A stretch of 64,000 nt of DNA from Bacteroidales bacterium UBA6377. Lineage in GTDB: Bacteria; Bacteroidota; Bacteroidia; Bacteroidales; UBA932. The stretch is from NCBI GenBank assembly GCA_002438805.1, contig DJQV01000019.1, positions 941 through 64,940 on the forward strand. The letters run 5' to 3'. Positions 59,520 to 64,000 of this stretch are shown piece by piece. Every line of letters starts with the position of its first letter. Position 1 is the first letter of the stretch. The notes beneath the pieces are model-generated. The model was not told the origin of the DNA, made no database searches, and worked only from the letters and a program-made list of their open reading frames with translations. Both the position numbers and the translations under genes were made by a program.

Positions 59520-59742
59520 CTAAAAAAGAGAACCAAGACAAACCTCTGGGTATCATTAGTGTGTGGAGTGAATTCCTCGAACGCTTTCAGTGGTAGGCCC
59601 TGCACTAGTGCTTTTTTGCAACCTTTGTAAATTTGGCTACATGCCACCATCTACACCGTCCGTATATTCTGGTGTTTCGTCTTCTTTACTTCAGCCTATG
59701 CACCAGACTGTCTCTTCGGGTCTACCTCAGTTCTCTATTTCA
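59520..59742 (-). ncRNA. Candidate DRT3-associated ncRNA (boundaries uncertain) containing ACACAC
   Basis: Non-coding gap directly 3' of drt3b. Stems tctggtg/caccaga, gcactagtgc and gag…ctc; minus-strand CCACACACTA (plus gtgtgt 59559-59564); ends in an agag…ctct hairpin plus U-run. Confidence 0.7.
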
Positions 59743-61650
59743 TTATTCGTAAGGTGAGTTATATTCTTTCTTTCTCAAGAATTCAGCCAATGAATGCCCC
59801 TTGTCCCAATCAAAGAACCACCGCCCAGGTTTTGCCATCTCTGCTCTTTTCTTCCCTGCATTACCCACACTAACCATACAGCATTGTATCAGAACCTTAT
59901 TGCATGTTGACTTTTTCACGTAAGGACAGGTCATCAAATCAAACAACAGATAGGCCATCTCTGCCTGTCTAAGAACTTCTGGGCTCGACAGGCGTCGCTC
60001 AACATCTTGTTCTATTCCTCTCCTAATATAATCATATGTTGGATCTTTCTCTATTATGTACAACAGAGTACATATCTGGAAATAGTTCAACTTGGCGTAA
60101 CCCTTGGCATCCTTCACGTCAATACGGAATATTTTTTCTATCTGACTTACTGGTATCTTGAAACCTATTAGACGATTAAGGGTGGTAAGCAGGTTCAAGG
60201 CCTCCATATTGGTGGTCGTTTCTGGCAGGTCTGCCTGATAGATGTCCATCACTCTTTTTGCCTCACGTCTTATCCTATTCATAAGTTCCTGCTTCACCAT
60301 TACATCCTGATTCTTGTCCGACCACCGTACCAGACATTCCAATATCGAGCACAGCCTATAAGAGGCCGTCGTATGCATGTCAAGCGAAAAGATAAAGAAA
60401 GCTATGTCCGCATATGTCACAAGCAATCCTTGCGAGGGCACTCGCATCATCTCGCTTCTTATCTGTCTCAATAACAGCGACAAAGTATACTTGTTCAATG
60501 CTCCATATTCCAAATTGAATTGATGTGTGATAGAGCGGAATTGCTTAGAAAAACGGCTGAACACAGACATATCTTTCTTTATGTCCTTAGCATAGTTTCC
60601 ATCATTCCCCATATTCAAGTACTCCCCTTTGAACTCTGCCAACATCTTGTTCACCATCCGCTTCGCATCGCTCACACCAGAAGTGAAAGGCCTTCGAAAA
60701 AACTCCAACTTACTCTTATTGATATCCAGCTTGTAGAACGACAACTGTTCCACATATGCCGACTTGATGTCGTCAAGAATATCTCGCGATCTTGCATATA
60801 CATACGAATCATCCACATAACGCCTTATCTCATAATCTAGACCAAGGCTGTAACCTTTCTTTTTCAGTAGACCTAGAACGGCGATGTCAATGGCTTGCAT
60901 AATAATCTCTGCGAAGATACGTGATATTTCAGGACCAACGATGATACCATTAGTCTCATTGTAATTCGTGTGCTGCATCAGTTTGTCAAAAGCACTCTCA
61001 AAGGAGTCTCGGCCAACATTATCCTTTGCCACAGTCTTCCCTTTCACGGCCCATGCCAACGAATGTGTGTAAATATGGTAGAAACATCCTGTGATATCTA
61101 TTACCATCATCAACGGATATTTCTGTTCTAAACGCAGGTTGTCACCGCTCTCAAAGAACTTGTACACCAAATCATACTTCTTATAGCTAAAATAAGAACG
61201 GTAGAAATTCTCCGCCTCGTTCTTTGCCATTTCCACAGACCTTTCCTGCAAATCATCAGTTCCAGTTTCATCTTCATCCATTTGGAGAAACACGCACTTA
61301 GCTTTTTTGTTTATATACCTGATTGAGTACGGGCTTTGTGCACATAGGCTCAGCATATAGTCGTCATATTTGGCATACAGTTCTACGCAGTCCAACTGCG
61401 ATAGCGGGTGCATTAAGCTCATCTTCCGGCTGCGTTCACCACCCACTCGCCTAACATCATAGTCGAAAGGAATCGTCCAGCAACCTTGCTTCACGCCACC
61501 AGAGAACACATTAACAAATAATCCGCGCAACTTTTCGTCCTGCATATTCCGATAGAAACCTTCATTGTTCAGAAGAAGCGGCAGTTCGTAAGGCAGAACT
61601 TCGGTAAGTAGAACCCTATATTTGTTGTTCAAGTCTGTTAATGATTTCAT
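59743..61650 (-). CDS. drt3b: Antiviral reverse transcriptase Drt3b-like (635 aa)
   Basis: RVLLTEVLPYELP N-terminus, DITGCFYHIYTHSLAWA, GIIVGPEISRIFAE, RRYVDD, long helical C-terminal domain, WFFDW. ATGA overlap with the drt3a stop. Confidence 0.88.
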   Translation of the reverse strand: MKSLTDLNNKYRVLLTEVLPYELPLLLNNEGFYRNMQDEKLRGLFVNVFSGGVKQGCWTIPFDYDVRRVGGERSRKMSLMHPLSQLDCVELYAKYDDYMLSLCAQSPYSIRYINKKAKCVFLQMDEDETGTDDLQERSVEMAKNEAENFYRSYFSYKKYDLVYKFFESGDNLRLEQKYPLMMVIDITGCFYHIYTHSLAWAVKGKTVAKDNVGRDSFESAFDKLMQHTNYNETNGIIVGPEISRIFAEIIMQAIDIAVLGLLKKKGYSLGLDYEIRRYVDDSYVYARSRDILDDIKSAYVEQLSFYKLDINKSKLEFFRRPFTSGVSDAKRMVNKMLAEFKGEYLNMGNDGNYAKDIKKDMSVFSRFSKQFRSITHQFNLEYGALNKYTLSLLLRQIRSEMMRVPSQGLLVTYADIAFFIFSLDMHTTASYRLCSILECLVRWSDKNQDVMVKQELMNRIRREAKRVMDIYQADLPETTTNMEALNLLTTLNRLIGFKIPVSQIEKIFRIDVKDAKGYAKLNYFQICTLLYIIEKDPTYDYIRRGIEQDVERRLSSPEVLRQAEMAYLLFDLMTCPYVKKSTCNKVLIQCCMVSVGNAGKKRAEMAKPGRWFFDWDKGHSLAEFLRKKEYNSPYE

Positions 61651-62828
61651 AACCAACAGTTTGTTATCTTCTTCATTTGTTCCGCAGTAAAGTGGTGAGT
61701 CACATGGTGGTCGTAGCCAAATCGGAAAGAATACTTTTCTAAATCCTTCACTTGGTCTCGCAACAGCCCAATTCTCGCTCCAAGCCTACCTCGCCTGCAA
61801 TGCAACAGCCGTTGGTAATAGTTGTCAATAGCATCCAGAGCCGCTGTTTCTGTAGCCATCTTGTAGTTAAAATATATGCCTACTTTAATAGGAGTCAGCA
61901 TATCAGCCTTACACAGTGTAAAGTTCCCTGTGAGAAATTTAATTCGCAATTTCAACAGTTCGTAGTCTCTGTCCTTGGCATAGCGTACAAAGGTTCTTGT
62001 TAACCTAGTCTTTATAACTTTCTGTTTCTTTTCAGCTATCGTTACCTCCACTTTCTTTCCGCTTTTAGTGAAGGTATATCCCAAATAGGTTAGTGCATCT
62101 CCTTTTTGCAGTGTAGACCACACATAAGACTTCTCCTCGTTCAGTTCAAGCCCAAGTTTTTTCAAACTCTCCACCGCAGTCCCCCATGCCTTATCTTTGC
62201 TTTGTTCACTACTACAGAAAACTATCACATCATCTACATACCGAGCATAGTAATATACCCCCGCCACTCGTCTCATCTCTAAATCAAAGTATTTCATATA
62301 CATCTCAGCAATGGCCGCGCTCACGGCCAATCCTCTCGGCACCCCTGAGATTGCAATCACTTCAGGATCGTTTAAAAGCGACTGCAATAACATAATTGTA
62401 TGATGACTTAGACGAGCATCATCCTCCATCTTTAGCAAAAGTCGATGCTTGTCAATCGTCTCATAGAAATGGCGAACATCCAACCGCACTACCCACATAT
62501 CCACGTCCTCACTCATCAGTATTTTCATTTGGCTGACAATAGTATTTCTGTCTGCCTGTTGCACAGAATATATGCGTCTAATGTTTCTGAACAGTTTCCT
62601 CAGCACCAGATTTTGACAAAGATACCCAAAATCGGTTCTCTTTCTTCCATTCAAGAAAAATTCGCCTTCTTTCCTTATCAGGAATTTATAAGTCCCATCA
62701 AACAGCGATTGACCTAATTCTCTATCAATGGCTGAAACGAACGCCTCCTTCTTAAGGCACGAATTGCGCCTCTCCACCTGTGTAGCACAGGCATATAGTT
62801 CTTTCGGCGAAAACATTTGGTTATACAT
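61647..62828 (-). CDS. drt3a: Antiviral reverse transcriptase Drt3a-like (393 aa)
   Basis: RLDVRHFYETI, GVPRGLAVSA, YARYVDD, YLGY, RIKFLTGN, GIYFNY, YSFRFGY. Confidence 0.88.
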   Translation of the reverse strand: MYNQMFSPKELYACATQVERRNSCLKKEAFVSAIDRELGQSLFDGTYKFLIRKEGEFFLNGRKRTDFGYLCQNLVLRKLFRNIRRIYSVQQADRNTIVSQMKILMSEDVDMWVVRLDVRHFYETIDKHRLLLKMEDDARLSHHTIMLLQSLLNDPEVIAISGVPRGLAVSAAIAEMYMKYFDLEMRRVAGVYYYARYVDDVIVFCSSEQSKDKAWGTAVESLKKLGLELNEEKSYVWSTLQKGDALTYLGYTFTKSGKKVEVTIAEKKQKVIKTRLTRTFVRYAKDRDYELLKLRIKFLTGNFTLCKADMLTPIKVGIYFNYKMATETAALDAIDNYYQRLLHCRRGRLGARIGLLRDQVKDLEKYSFRFGYDHHVTHHFTAEQMKKITNCWL

Positions 62829-62873
62829 ACCTTACAGTACAGTTAATTTACGAATCACAAATGATTTAGGAAC

Positions 62874-64000
62874 GTAACTACTCAGGTGCCCCTGTCCTGA
62901 CCATAAATCGAGGATGACGCGAGGCTTTCGCCATCCCACTGCAACTTTTTCCAAAATCACGTCCATGCTGCAAGGCCGCGTTCCGGGTCGCCGAAAATCA
63001 GCCGTCTGCCGCCTTTTGTAGGCCTTGCAGAAGCGCCCGAAAACCTTTCGTTTGGTCCTCCAAGCCAAGAGACGTCAAGCCCGGACGAAAGCCCTAAAAC
63101 GGCCTTTAATGCATTGATGTTCAATTTGTTAAATTTGCGTATGTCGAATCTTTTCCTTACATTAGCGGTATGAAAAAGGACTTCAATACAGGATTGAGAA
63201 GGAGCGTCGAGGCGGACCGGGTGAGACTGACCCGCAGGCGCAAGCAGCTCCTTCGGGAGATGGGGCTCGCCGAGGATCTCGAATCTTCGGAGCTCGCCGA
63301 AAAACTCCACGAGCAGACTCTTGCCAATGACAGCCTTAACCGCAGCATCGCCAGCAAAGACGAGGAAATCGCGAAGCTCAAAGCCAAGATAGCGGAACTC
63401 GAAAGCGGAGCCAAGCCCATTGCGAAGACCAGCACCAACAGCAGCGTCCCGCCCTCCAAGAACCCGATAGGCGTCCCTCATACGCAGTCTCAACGGAAGC
63501 CATCCGGCAGGAAGACCGGCGGCCAGAAGGGGCATCAAGGCAGCACGCGGCTGCAGTCCGAGAACGTGACCGGGTCGGAGCGCTGGTATCCCGCGGCCGT
63601 CTGCCCCGAGTGCGGAAAACCGCTGGACATGGAATCCGCGACGATTGCCGCCACGAGGCAGGTGGTGGACATCCCGCTTCCGATCATGGCTACGGTCGTG
63701 AACCATCTTCAGATGCAGGTCAAGTGCACCTGCGGGCACTGCTGCAAGGGACAGTTCCCGGAAAATGTGAATGCGCCTGTCTCCTACGGCCCGAACATCA
63801 TGGCCATGACTTCGTATCTGAGCACTTATCAAAACATCCCGTTCAAGCGTCTCACCCACTTGTTCGAGACCATCTTCGGACTGCACATCAGCGAGGGATC
63901 CGTATCCAACATGCTGAATGCCATGCGCAAGCTCTCCAAGACGCCATACGAGATGATACGCAGGAAGGTCGCAACCGGGCAGGTGGCCGGCGCCGACGAG
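62874..64000 (+). mobile_element. IS66-family insertion sequence (single-ORF, ISBst12-like), truncated by the window end
   Basis: Begins GTAACTACTCAGG (IS66 ends start with GTAA); abrupt switch to GC-rich sequence; transposase follows. Confidence 0.8.
63170..64000 (+). CDS. IS66 transposase (TnpC-like), partial
   Basis: Translated by hand from the ATG at 63170: coiled coil, NSSVPPS, GGQKGHQG, CPECG, RQVVDIP, CTCG, YGPNI, ISEGSV, GADE (first DDE Asp). Missing from the ORF track because it has no stop in the window. Confidence 0.9.
   Translation, partial: MKKDFNTGLRRSVEADRVRLTRRRKQLLREMGLAEDLESSELAEKLHEQTLANDSLNRSIASKDEEIAKLKAKIAELESGAKPIAKTSTNSSVPPSKNPIGVPHTQSQRKPSGRKTGGQKGHQGSTRLQSENVTGSERWYPAAVCPECGKPLDMESATIAATRQVVDIPLPIMATVVNHLQMQVKCTCGHCCKGQFPENVNAPVSYGPNIMAMTSYLSTYQNIPFKRLTHLFETIFGLHISEGSVSNMLNAMRKLSKTPYEMIRRKVATGQVAGADE

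Noticed and set aside
59492..59650. N-terminal extension of wzx in the ORF track
   Set aside because: Not flippase-like; it runs through a terminator-like hairpin and the candidate DRT3 ncRNA.
59743..62828. Retron, group II intron or DGR interpretation of the RTs
   Set aside because: No retron VTG motif or upstream msr-msd inverted repeats seen, no maturase/intron domain V, and no template/variable repeat pair. Two coupled RTs fit DRT3.
62957..63886. 309-aa minus-strand ORF
   Set aside because: Antisense shadow of the IS66 transposase on the plus strand.

Overview
Window from a GC-rich Bacteroidales-type chromosome (inferred from repeated TAnnTTTG -7 promoter boxes, lipoprotein signal peptides and TonB-receptor content). 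1-38.3 kb is mostly core or metabolic: an HD protein, GH9, MFS and CDF transporters, a CsgG/DUF4810/DUF799 lipoprotein operon, ThrE, a histidine-utilisation operon (ftcd-hutU-hutH-hutI), a xylan-degradation cluster (CE15, GH3, GH10), a tricorn-like S41 protease, and a TonB-receptor/DUF4876/beta-barrel/ChaN/ABC operon. 38.3-64 kb is an accessory, compositionally mosaic, minus-strand Wzx/Wzy surface-polysaccharide locus interleaved with defence-like cassettes. These are a DUF2442 gene, a DUF3791-DUF3990 (ADP-ribosyltransferase-like) triplet that appears to have replaced most of a DegT aminotransferase, and a toxin-antitoxin-SecB-chaperone (TAC-like) triplet. Upstream of wzx lies a complete two-reverse-transcriptase DRT3-type system (drt3a, drt3b) followed by a structured non-coding region carrying an ACACAC motif; an IS66-family element begins about 45 bp upstream of drt3a. 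Inside the polysaccharide locus are an unusual BCCT transporter + outer-membrane protein + ATP-grasp ligase + deacetylase block and an acetyltransferase split by a frameshift in a G7 tract. All family assignments come from motifs recognised by eye; no searches were run. Several start codons were moved from the ORF track to more plausible positions.
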